Source: Ministeria vibrans ATCC 50519 | Lineage: Eukaryota; Protista; Filasterea | Assembly (NCBI GenBank): GCA_943704425.1 | Contig: CALSCP010002643.1 | Coordinates: forward strand, 23,285-87,284 | Length of the DNA stretch: 64,000 nucleotides | Direction of reading: 5' to 3' | Notes under the pieces: generated by a model | Databases searched by the model: none | What the model was told of the DNA's origin: nothing | What the model saw: only the letters and a program-made list of their open reading frames with translations | Program-made: the position numbers and the translations under genes | In this document: piece after piece, positions 1 to 10,741 of the stretch | Layout: the number at the start of each line of letters is the position of its first letter | Numbering within the stretch: the first letter of the stretch is position 1

Positions 1-415
1 CAGCCTAAAACGGGTGCAAGACAGATACAAAAAAGAGACAAAGTGTGTCTCAAATGAGCGATACAATCACTCACAGCTCCCACTCACCTTTGGATGTGGC
101 AACACATAGTCATAATCCGCATTGTTGCCATACACAATGGGCACTGCTCCTTGATCAATTCCGCGCCAGTACTTCTCGGTAATGTAATCGTAACACGCAG
201 AGTTTTCCATTGCAATCACAAACTTGTAGTGTTTGTACACCTTCCGATCCATTTCAGGCTTATTGTCTACACAGAGGCAAAAAAACACGTTAAAAAAAAA
301 GAGAACAAGTCAATCACTCACACACATACACACACACTCAATCTGTCACTGTGTATCTCCCTCTCTCCTGCCTAACCCTGCCTTGCTCCTCTCTCTCTCT
401 CTCTCTCCTGCCCTT

Positions 416-459
<44 letters not shown>

Positions 460-479
460 ATCACTTTGTTTCTTTCTCC

Positions 480-529
<50 letters not shown>

Positions 530-1730
530 NNNNNNNNNNNNNNNNNNNNNNNNNNNNNNNNNNNNNNNNNNNNNNNNNNNNNNNNNNNNNNNNNNNNNNN
601 NNNNNNNNNNNNNNNNNCAGGTACCCCCGCCCGCATAGCTCTTGGTGTCGTGTGGCCACTGAGGGACCCCCTATCACTTTGTTTTTTTCTCCCTCCTTTA
701 TCTCTCTATCCATCTTACTGCCCATAATAGTCATTGGCTTGCCATTCTCATCAAATCCTTCGAACCGGTCGCGGTTGTGCAGGAGTCCTCCGTACCCGTG
801 TACGTCCTTGCGCCGCTCAGCTGGCAATGCGTTCACCAATGCCGTTAAAACTCTTGCACGCCCCTACAACAGACACATATACATAGTCATGATATGCATC
901 TGTGGCCTTTCTTTGTTTGTTTCGTACGGGCGAGCGGTTGGCAATGGCATGTGCAATGAAATGACCCGGAAACTTCTTTGCGGGCGGTCCCTGATTGTAC
1001 GGAGGCGGGCAGTGACGCACCATTTGTGTGCACCAGTACTTCTCGGTGGGATGCTCCCATCCAGAGGGTGGAGTGTATCTGTGTGAGTGTCGTTTTCAGT
1101 GTCAATCGCTCTGCGTCGCTCTCCTTACGTGCACGGAAGTGATGAGTCGCGACGGGTTGTCGATGACCAGACAGGATGAAGGTCGCCAACGCCCGGTCTT
1201 GGGTGGTTCCCAGACGACTCGATAAAGTGGAAGGTGATGGGGCGGTCGCCACGCTCGGATTCGGGTGGGGGGGGCAGGAACGAGCCGTACATGCCCTCGA
1301 CAAAGAAAGCGTCGCACTGCGACTTGTCGTCGACCTTTTCGATGCTGCGCCAGTCACACTGTTTGTCGCCCCAGTCGGGGAAGTCTGTCACGCCTAGCGG
1401 GCCCCAGTACTTCTCCAGTCCCGCGTGAGGATGAAGATAGCAAATCACAGGCATTTTCGTCGTTGCTTCCCCTGCCTCGACTGGCGGCGCTGCTGGCTCG
1501 TCCGACTGCCCCTCCACCTCTTGCTCCTCCTCCACCACCTGCACAGCTGCCGCAGCGGCGGGCGACGGCGGCAGTGGGTCTGCGGGCGGTGTGACAATGT
1601 CGAGGTTACCGCCACGCAGCGCAGAGGGCGCTTGGTACGCGCACGGCGTCAGTGCAATGTATCCGATCAGTACAACAATCGTCAAGACACAGCCTGACAG
1701 GATGGAGAACGCCCATGACCGCTCACCCAT
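1..1730 (-). CDS. Alpha-1,3/4-fucosyltransferase (GT10), multi-exon, 3' end outside the window
   Basis: N-terminal TM anchor (WAFSILSGCVLTIVVLIGYIAL) and Pro-rich stem. GT10 motifs VDVHGYG-like (RKDVHGYG) and YKFVIAMENSACYDYITEKYW..GAVPIVYG (ORF 67-288). Exons are spread over ORFs 1125-1730, 817-1023, 525-839 and 67-288; an N gap lies in an intron. Confidence 0.88.
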
Positions 1731-1835
1731 TGAAAGAAAAAATTATTCACATGAGAATTGTATAATAATTGAGAATGCTTATTTGAGATTGTGATAAGAG
1801 GTAAAAAATTATTTACTTTTGTAAACTTTGTATTC

Positions 1836-2720
1836 TTATTCGTTGGTCAGTTGCTCTCGCAAGGGCACAAGAATGTCGCGCGCCAGTTCCGTCACCGATT
1901 TGTTCTTTTGGTCCGGTTCGTGTTGCAGCAGGTCAATCAACGACTGAAACAGGTCGCGGGACGTCTTCGGCTCATCGGCCGGCATGAGCTGCTCCTGCTG
2001 AAGGTGACGACGGCAGACGGCGCGGGAGAAGGCAAGCATGAAGAGCTCATGGGAAGCCCAGATGCGACGGATGTGGGCGACAATGGGCTGAGGGTCGAGT
2101 GTGACGCGACGGAGCCACTCGTTAGGAGAGGAGGAGAGGAGAATGGGCTGGCAGAGGCGCTCGGGGGGCGGGAGGAGGGTCGATGCGGCGGCAGACGGGT
2201 TGATTTCGGTAAGGGAGTCGTATGCGGTGGCAATGACAAAGACCTTGCCGGTCGCCGCAGGTGAGTGTTTCTGCAGCGCCGTCTGGACAAGCGACGAGCG
2301 CACGATGATGGTCTCGGCCAGCATGAGACACTGTGCTAGCTGGCGGTAGCCCAGCGGCGTTGCGCGGTTGAGCAGGTAGCAGTGAGAGGGCAGAGCCACA
2401 AGTACGAGCGTCGAGTCGAGCTCCGACCCGACAAGATCAATGGCACACAGTGCACAGCGGTAGAGCTCGTCGTGCATCTGTTTGCAGTGCTCCTCGTCCA
2501 CGACAATGATGAGCGAGTTGTTGTCGCCGTTGGTAGTGGCGGCAGCGGCGGCGGTGGTGGTGGTGGTGGAGGCGGTGCTGCCGAGGACGATGGAGGCCAC
2601 AGCAGGATCAAGCTCGGCCAAGGCGACAGCGGCTGTTGTTGTTGTTGTTGTGGGCACTGGTGACAGTGTCGTTCCTGCTGATGCAGCAGACGATGGTAGT
2701 GGTGGTGATGGATGGGTGGT

Positions 2721-2752
<32 letters not shown>

Positions 2753-3621
2753 TGGGGCGGGAGAGGGAGCGTAGAGAGGAGGAGGAGGAGACCGGCGAGC
2801 AGCCGTAGTCGCTGTCGACATTGGCAGCAATGTCGTGCGAGGGAGAGAGAACGAAGAGATGGCTGTGCCGCTCGACAAACGACTGTGGGTTGGGATACTC
2901 TTCGCGCGTTTGGGGATGCTGCTCGAGGATCGCCTCAAACTGCGGCGGAGAGACCAAATTCGACTTCTCGAGGGCGTCCAGAACACTGTTGACAATCACC
3001 GACTCTAATTCCGGAGAGAATTCGGGCGCGCTTGAGGCGGCGCTTGAGCCAGTCGATGTGACAGAGTCGCGGCTGCTCATCACGACCTTGCGGCAGTCTG
3101 GATCCGCGTGGCTGTGCGTGGAGGGCGCAAAAGGAACGGCGCGACGTGGCGAGCCTCTTTTCCGCTCCCGCTTGGCATCGTCGCGCGCGGGAAACAGGCC
3201 CAGGGGAAGGATATTGCCGCGCACACGCTCGACGGGGTCAACTAGTAATAAAGTGAGGCGGGGAAGATGCGAAGGGGAAAAGGGTATTTTTCGATTTGTT
3301 TGCCGCATTACCATATTTGCGAAATGAGAAACGCGCATTGAAATAAGCGAGTTCGGCTGGGGAATGCGGGAATCGGCAGAGGTTGCCGTACCTGCAGCGT
3401 CCCTCAAACCCATAGTTGCATGGCGTGAAGGACTCGACCTGTGCTATGGGGCAAGCGCGGATATTCGCACAGGGAACAATCGCCCACGACTGATCGTCGT
3501 CAATGCACACAAGCGTCACGTTCTCGACCAGCTGCGCGCGGTGCTTGGCGCCGTGCGCACAGTCGCTGGCACAGCAGTTGCATGTGGCGCATACGCTGCC
3601 AATCCAGTACGAACCAAGCAT
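1836..3621 (-). CDS. Zinc-finger (U1-like + CCCH) / winged-helix / degenerate 3'-5' exonuclease-like protein, ~571 aa, 2 exons (3621-3312, 3241-1836)
   Basis: A 70-nt GT-AG intron (3311-3242) joins ORF 3238-3651 in frame to ORF 1836-3413. CCCH finger CNYGFEGRCRYGNLCRFPHSPAEL; SFVERHSHLF winged-helix-like segment; CAIDLVG..LVALPSHCYLL resembles a DnaQ-like ExoI region. Confidence 0.6.
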
Positions 3622-3662
3622 TCTTTTGAGTTCTTTGACAAAAGCCGGCAAAAAAAAAAATT

Positions 3663-3694
<32 letters not shown>

Positions 3695-3934
3695 CAGTAA
3701 TTCGACGAGTAATTATTAAGTTTATTCAAACTCAATTAAAAACTATCGTTTACAAAAACGCCTCACATGAGAGTCACATCACAGATGAGATAGAATCAGA
3801 TGGTGAAAGATACATCAGAGAATGAGTCCCTGACTAACCCCCTGTTTACCATACCTAAAAGATCAAGAAGAGTTTCCAATACCTTGCTTCTTTTATTATA
3901 TTCCGGTTACAATACAATGTATATCTTCTCGCTT

Positions 3935-4814
3935 TCACACTTTCTTCCTCCTCCCCTTCTTCTTCTTCTTCTTCTTCTTCTTCTTCTCGCCCACCTTGTT
4001 AGACGCCTTCTTGGCCACAGTCGATGCAGTCTTCTTTCCCCTCGGTGGCTCCGGCTCCACTGTCAACGGCCCTAACAACTCCCGAATGGCTGCGTGGCCC
4101 CACGACGTCGCAACTTCCAGTGCCGCCTGCCCCCCCTTGGTGCGCTTGTTGGGATCCGCTCCATGCGCCAGCAGGAGTCGCACAAGCTCAATGTTTCCGC
4201 TCTCCGCGCCTCGAATCAATGGTGTCCCTCCGCTCCCAGAGGTCGCGTTCACTTGTGCTCCGGCCTCAATGAGCACTCGTACCACCTCCACCTGTCCCAT
4301 TTTACATCCATGGTGAAGTGCGGTCCATCCGAATGAGTCGGGCGTGTCCACTGCCGCACCGTGTCCAATCAACTCCCGCACATTCGCCACCTGAAACGAC
4401 AAAATACAGACCGATCTCAAAAAATAAACAACATGAAGAGAACCACAATGCTTTCGCACCCCATACCTGCCCCATGAGCGCAGCAAATATCAAAGGCGTG
4501 TGCTTGGCTGCTGCAGCCGACGATGTGCCGGGTTGGACTGCGTTCGCTTCCGTCGCCAGCTTCAGCTTTCGCGCGGTACTCTCGCCTGCCACACAACTCA
4601 ATGTCTCCAATGAGGTCATGAGTGTGTCCAGTCGTCCTTGGCGCGTCGACAGTGGCGCAAGTCGGCTCGGAGGGCCCGGCGACGACTCAAGCAATGAGTG
4701 TGTGACGACAGCGCGCGGACGCGTCCCCCCATCACTAGCGTGAGCTCGAGACACGCTCTTTGGTTGTTCACTCGCCACTATAGGGGGCAAAGTGCAACTT
4801 GTGGCGGTTTTCAT
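3935..4814 (-). CDS. Ankyrin-repeat protein with Lys-rich tail, 2 exons (4814-4467, 4390-3935)
   Basis: Ankyrin motifs TPLIFAALMGQ, GWTALHHGC, GGTPLIRGAESG and GQAALEVA; CAG|GTATGG donor and TTTCAG acceptor join in frame. Confidence 0.85.
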
Positions 4815-4835
4815 CAAAAAAAATCTGAATATCTC

Positions 4836-4849
4836 GTTGTCATGGAGAC
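4836..4849. promoter_or_regulatory. RFX X-box
   Basis: GTTGTCATGGAGAC matches the palindromic X-box and lies ~20 bp upstream of the ankyrin-gene ATG. Confidence 0.55.
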
Positions 4850-4901
4850 CAACTCGAAAATAATTTCACTTATGTATGAAATTTTGTAATACACTGCACA
4901 A

Positions 4902-5330
4902 GTGCTCAACTCGTGGAAGGAGATCATTTCCATTGAGGACCATGCTAATCAGTGGCTGCACGATACGGGAGTAACGGGTGACGAGAATGCCGCTGTTGTT
5001 CAACTCGCCGTCGACTGTGACAAACGTCGAGACCCAATATCGACCATTCTGACCGCTCTCTACTCTTCCGACGCTTCCGTTCGGCCCAAACAGCGCGATC
5101 GTTTTCTTGCACGCGTGCTCGTCTGGTGTGTCTTCTTTGACGAAGTGTCAGAGCTCAGCGAACTTTTGCCCACTCTCTTTGAGGAGCTCCTCTCTCGCCC
5201 TGCCCACGCTCCTCTTGTCCACGCACTGGCCCACTTGATCGCACCCGAGGCCTTGAGAATGCCCCACGGGCGCATCTGTCGCGTTCTTCTGGCGCACTTT
5301 GACCAGGCGTGTGTGGCTCGTCTCCAGTAA
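4902..5330 (+). CDS. Hypothetical helical protein or gene fragment
   Basis: GC-rich, coding-like 142-codon ORF between AT-rich spacers; start uncertain, no motif recognised. Confidence 0.35.
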   Translation: MLNSWKEIISIEDHANQWLHDTGVTGDENAAVVQLAVDCDKRRDPISTILTALYSSDASVRPKQRDRFLARVLVWCVFFDEVSELSELLPTLFEELLSRPAHAPLVHALAHLIAPEALRMPHGRICRVLLAHFDQACVARLQ

Positions 5331-5451
5331 TAGTAATATAATAGTAATGATAGTAATAGTAGTAATAATAAATAAAAAATTGAAAATCAGTAGAACACAA
5401 CATAAAATATATTATTGACGTGTAAATGTAAAACAATTGAATGAATGGTTT

Positions 5452-8400
5452 TCACATGAGATTACAGGGAGACGCGTCCGGGGGAGAGGATGACATTTGA
5501 GACACATTGAGATGATCATATAGATCTTGTGTAAGGGGGGTTGCGGAGTAGGCAACCATGAGAATGGTGCGGCGGTTGCGCAGGGCAATGGCGCCGTTGA
5601 GGAGCGCCAGTGGACGGCAGAAGCCCGGCTTGGAAGGGCTCTGCTGCCACACGATGGCCCCCGAGTCACCGTGGTATGCAAAACGACCTCCGCTATCTGT
5701 GTTAGCCTGCTCGTTGCGACGGTGAGCAGCGTGCTGGTTGGTGAACAGCATGGCCTTGCGACGAAAGCCCAGTTCGGAGTGCACAAAGGCCGAGGTGGTC
5801 TCTGGCCATGCTTCAGAGAGACCCGTTGTGGCGCCAAACTTGAAGACCGGCAGATCGCGGTTCACTTCAGGTACATTGAATGTGCTCTTGGCATCCTCAC
5901 CACCCGCATTGGCACTCTTCTCGTCAGTCGGGCTCTGATCAAAAGCACTCTCAAACACCGGCACAGGCTCATTGCCAAACTGGGTCTTCCACGGAAACGC
6001 GCGCGCGCCAAACTGCCGCTCGATCCCCACCCCCAAATAGGGGAAAAGACGCCCTGGCTGGCAACGCGCACGTTCCTTGGGCGACAGCTCAATGAGTGCA
6101 ACGCCGTGCTTGGTCGACGCCGAGATGACGCGCCCCACACAACGCCCGCCCATACGTGGATGGTACACGGCTGTCCCAATGGCAAACGACTCCCCCAGTT
6201 GGTGCAGCGTGAGCAGTGCTCCAAGACGCATTGTCGTGTTGCCCGCCTCGTCGCCTGCCGCATCGCCCCCATCCATACCGGTCGTAGCAGTAGACCCACC
6301 AGCAGCCGAAGTCGCCTGCTCCTGACTCGCCTTTGCCGCTTCCCTTTCTGCATCTTCCGCGCTGCCGTGCCAGCCAGGCTGCAACTGCACAATGGGTCCT
6401 AGTGTGCCCAGGGGACCGCCGGCCACCTGAACACGCACCCCCGTCGCCAGTTCGTCCACTTCAAGGCCAGCTGTCGACGGACACAGTGCCAGTGGCCACA
6501 TTTCCGCCTCGCACACGTCCACGCGCACACCGCGACAACCACCGCCAAAGAGCAGACGCCGCGGCAGCAAATCGTCGCCGACCGGAATTTTTCCCTTCTT
6601 GCGTACCGCCACCATGATGCAGGGTTCTTCGCTGAGACACTGGCCGCGCTCAAAGAAGAAGGGCAGCGGAAACACCGCAACCACATTGCCACTGTGCTGC
6701 CCTTCGAGCACCTGACGATTCGCCTCGATAATCTCACCCAACAGACGGTCTTCGTCGGCGCGCAAACGACGACGCGGCGGCATCCAGCTCTTAACGGGCG
6801 CTTCAGTGATGAGCGTGCGCGGCGACGCGTCTGACAGCATTCCCAGACGAATCTGTCGCATGCGCCACTGCTGCACATCCTGAGCGCGCTTCTCGTCTGT
6901 AATGGACACACGCGCCTGCAATGGTCCTGGAATGTTTCGTGCCTGTGGAGGTACACGTACACGTGCAGTACTGCTGCGACTTTCGCTGCTCAACCGTGAC
7001 CCTGCTGCCCCCTCGATGCTCTCAGCCCCACTCCCTGTGCTTCCCGTGCGCCCTTTGCGACTTTCCATTGAGCCCACACTTCCGCGACTGTGCGTGTCAC
7101 TCTCACCGTCACCACTCCACTGACTCCTACCGCCACCACTGGTCACCTTGTCGTCGTCGTTGTCGTCAAACTCCCAGGGCACAGTCGCACCCAGTGCATT
7201 GACGACGCGCACAGGCATGCACTCGTCGTGGATGCTGCGGAGACGCGCGCACGCGATGCCATCGACAAGATCCGTCTCACACACGGTTGCGCGTGCAGGG
7301 CCCAGTGTATCCAACAGCTCGTGACCCGTGTCGTGCGTCATGACCGGATGCGACATGACCAGTGACGGCAGAACCACTCGCAGTGGGTCCAGGTGCGCGG
7401 CGTCGTCGTGCGCTGCCAGCTCCGCCGACGCACGCAGACTCTCGACGAGCTTCGACATGACCTCCGTTTCGTTGCGCATCAGTGCAAGACGGTAGTGTCG
7501 TCGTGCGTTCTCTAGATCGACAATGCGCGACGCAATGCTGGCGGCGACGTCCGAGTTGGCCGCCTGAGGCCGGTGGCGGTAGCCCCAGGCGGAGAGAAAG
7601 TGAACGCCGAGCAGCGTCGGACCTGCATGGAGACCCACCACCTCGGCCGAGTGCGCGTGCAGTCGCTCAACCACACGCTCCAGACACTCCAGCGCCTCTG
7701 TGGTGCGTTCGCGATCGCCGTTGCCCACACAAGCAAGATGCACGCGTGCCATGCCGGTCTGTGCCAGTCCCCAGTCGAGACAGAAGAAGTCGTCGTGGCC
7801 GTCGAAGAAGCGCATTGCCAGTCGATAGTGCTCCAGAGCGGTATCCAGGTTGCCCTGTCGACCCCCGGCAACGCGGCTCTCAAAGAGAGCCCCCAGCACA
7901 AGATGGGACCGTGCCCAGTCCTCGGGCATCACATCGGGCTCGTACATGGCGAGTGCGCCCATGGCCCGCTCAAGTGCAAACTCGAGTGCCTTGGAGCGAC
8001 TCTCCGACGTCGGCGAGTGCGTGTCTACCGTGTCGTACTGCAGCTCAATCACCGGCACCAGTTCATCCAGTAGTTCCAATAGGTCCTAAACACCCCCGAC
8101 AAGGAAGAACATGAGTTTGCTTGTTTATGGTTGCTTGTTGCGTTTATCGCTGTCTGGTTCGTTGTTCATATGTGCGTGTTTGCTTGTTTGTTTGTTTGCT
8201 CTTTGTTTGTTTTTGACACTGCTATGCTTACGACTGCTTGATCTTCGAAAAAAGTGGAGGGGCGCTGGTGAAGGTGTTCAAGGACAAATGAGACGGCTTC
8301 GGGCAGCTCAATGTCATCGCCAGTGTCACTCGTGTCCCTGTCGTTGGCAATGCGGGGACTCAGTGAGTTGGAACTTGCGAAGGCTGCGTCCGCGGAAAGG

Positions 8401-9116
8401 GAGGAAAGGTCTCTTGCGGCGCCCCCTACTCCTCCTCCTCCCGCTGCTGCTGCTGCTGCTGCTTTTGTTGTTCCTCCTCCTGCTCTTGGTGCTGCTCCGC
8501 CTCCTCCTCCTCCTCCTCCTCCAGCTACTGTAGTTGATGTTGTTGTTGCTGCTGCTGCTGCTGTTGTTGTTGTTGTTCTTGTTGAGGCGGATGCTTCAAC
8601 AGCCGATGACGCGGCCGTCGACGAGCGGGTTGCAGCTGTGGTTGAGGCGTCGCCAACGGCGGCGGAATCGTCGTAGCGCTCGAACACTTGAGGAGCAATG
8701 GCGGCGAGACGAACGACGTCGAAGCCGACGAGTTTGAGCTTCTCTGCAAAGCTGACCTTCTCGTTGCTGATGTCGGGGCAGCGACTGAGCATCCAGGCGC
8801 GCAGCATCTTGTTTCGCGTCGCGGGGTCGACCGCTTCGTGCGACAGAGTGCGGTCGCGACCGGACGAAACAAGTTCGACGGCTGCTTCAGGCTCCAGGCC
8901 AAATTTGCTCATGGCGTCCATGGTGTCGGCTACCACATCGTCCTCGCAGCCTGTATCCTTGGCGTCGGGGGCGCTGGGTGGCTCTGGCGTCGAGGGGACC
9001 GTCCGTCCGACGGTGGAAAAGGGACCTTCGACAAAGGCGCGCGCCGTGCCAAGACGCAGCCCAAATACCTGCACGAGCTTCTCCGCTTCCACTCGCTGTC
9101 GACAAGGGGTTGTCAT
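5452..9116 (-). CDS. TPR-repeat + C-terminal trypsin-like (NAL1/Ssy5-like) serine protease protein, ~1172 aa, 2 exons (9116-8232, 8085-5452)
   Basis: Phase-0 intron 8231-8086 (GTAAGC...TTTAG) joins two ORFs. TPR PEDWARSHLVLGALFESRVAGGRQGNLDTALEHYRLA; protease motifs GTLG, LLTLHQ, VFKFGATTGLS and FAYHGDSGAIV. Confidence 0.75.
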
Positions 9117-9213
9117 GGTTCGAACTTCGAAGAAAAAATGGGGGAAAAAACTGTGTTGAAAAGAGTTAGTTAGTAAAATATAAAAAAAACCAAACCAAAT
9201 CAAAATTATTTCA

Positions 9214-10710
9214 ATGGAAAGACACTTTGAGAGATCGTTGAGCGAAGTGGTGGAGACGGAGGGGAAAGGGCGCATTTCGGTGGCACGGCGCGATCTCAAG
9301 GCAGGCGAGTGTGTATGGCTGGAGCGGGCATATGTGACGGCGGCGCGTGTTGGCGATGGTGCGCTGCGAGTGTGCACGGGCTGCGTCAAGGGCGTTGCGG
9401 CGAACGACGACAGTCTCGTGGGCTGCGACGCCTGCGGCTCGATCCACTGCACGCCTGCGTGCCGCGATGTCGATGCGCAACACGCGCGCGTCTGCGACCG
9501 CTGGGCCAAGCTGCACGGGGACTCGTTCTCGACGGGCCGCGCCGAACTGTTCCGACTCATGATCGCGTTTACGGACACTGTTGGGCAGGAGAAGGCGCCG
9601 GGCGCAGCACCGACGACGGCAGCAGGAGGAGACGGCGAACAGCCACGGGCGACGGCTCAAGACTGCGCTGGGCTGGTGGGACACGCCGAACATCTACCCG
9701 CCGATTTCGTGGCGATGATTGAGGAGCACGCCGAGTCGCTTGGCCTGAGCCCCGACCTGGAAGGCATGGATGCCGTGAAAGTGGCAGCCATGCTGAATGC
9801 AAACGCCCACGGCGACTCGACCAACACCGTCTTTGGGTTGTTTCCAGGACTCTCCATGTTTGCACACTCGTGCCGACCCAACTGCGCCTTTCGCATTTCG
9901 CAGGGCGTTGCAACGGTGCGCGTTGTCGACGATGTGCCCAAGGGCACCGAACTGTGCATCACGTACGATGCTGAATTGGCTATGCGTGGACGAAACAATC
10001 GACAAAACGCGCTGCGAACTGCGCGACACTTTGACTGTCAGTGTGTGCGCTGTGTCGACGAGGCCGCACACCCACTGCACGACGTCTTCTCGCTGTGTCA
10101 CTGTGCCAACCGCGAAGGCAAATGCGAGAGCTACGTGTGGTGTGACATTGACGACGACTCTGTCACCGAGGTGGTGTGTCCCGCGTGCAGCGCCATCCTC
10201 GATCTGTCCGTGGTGCGACAGGTGATGGAGACGGAGCTGCAAGTGTCCTGCCAGAGACTTGCGCTCTCCGTGCGCGCACGCCAGTTGAACGAAGGCGAAG
10301 GACTGCTAGACGCGACGGCGACGACAGCGCTCTGTGAAGAGATCGCAGCGAGTGGGCGACGCGCAGGTCTGCACGAGTGCCATGCGATTCTCGCCGCGTC
10401 ATATCGCCTCATGATGATTGCGTGTGTGCAAGTGCAAGCACTTGCGGTGGGAGCCAAGTGGGCGCGGCGTCTGCTTGCATGTGTCGACGCTGCACATGCG
10501 AAGCATGCCGTCGAGCGGGCCAATGTACTCAAGACGCTAGCGAGCCTGTACGCTATGCAGGCGCGCATGACAACCGCCGACACGACCATTGCACCAAAGG
10601 TCAAGGAGCCTCTCGTGCACCGACTCCTCACACGCGCAGCCGAAGCCGGAGCGCAACTCGACCAACAGCAGCGCATTTGCCTGGGCGCAGACTACCAAAA
10701 GGTTCTCTGA
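9214..10710 (+). CDS. SMYD-family SET/MYND lysine methyltransferase
   Basis: GKGRISVARRDLKAGE; MYND-like CTGC..CDAC..HCTPAC..H..C; SMFAHSCRPNC; ELCITY; post-SET FDCQCVRC; TPR-like C-terminus. Confidence 0.92.
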   Translation: MERHFERSLSEVVETEGKGRISVARRDLKAGECVWLERAYVTAARVGDGALRVCTGCVKGVAANDDSLVGCDACGSIHCTPACRDVDAQHARVCDRWAKLHGDSFSTGRAELFRLMIAFTDTVGQEKAPGAAPTTAAGGDGEQPRATAQDCAGLVGHAEHLPADFVAMIEEHAESLGLSPDLEGMDAVKVAAMLNANAHGDSTNTVFGLFPGLSMFAHSCRPNCAFRISQGVATVRVVDDVPKGTELCITYDAELAMRGRNNRQNALRTARHFDCQCVRCVDEAAHPLHDVFSLCHCANREGKCESYVWCDIDDDSVTEVVCPACSAILDLSVVRQVMETELQVSCQRLALSVRARQLNEGEGLLDATATTALCEEIAASGRRAGLHECHAILAASYRLMMIACVQVQALAVGAKWARRLLACVDAAHAKHAVERANVLKTLASLYAMQARMTTADTTIAPKVKEPLVHRLLTRAAEAGAQLDQQQRICLGADYQKVL

Positions 10711-10741
10711 TCAACGGTGAATGTGAAAGATATGTTTATAA

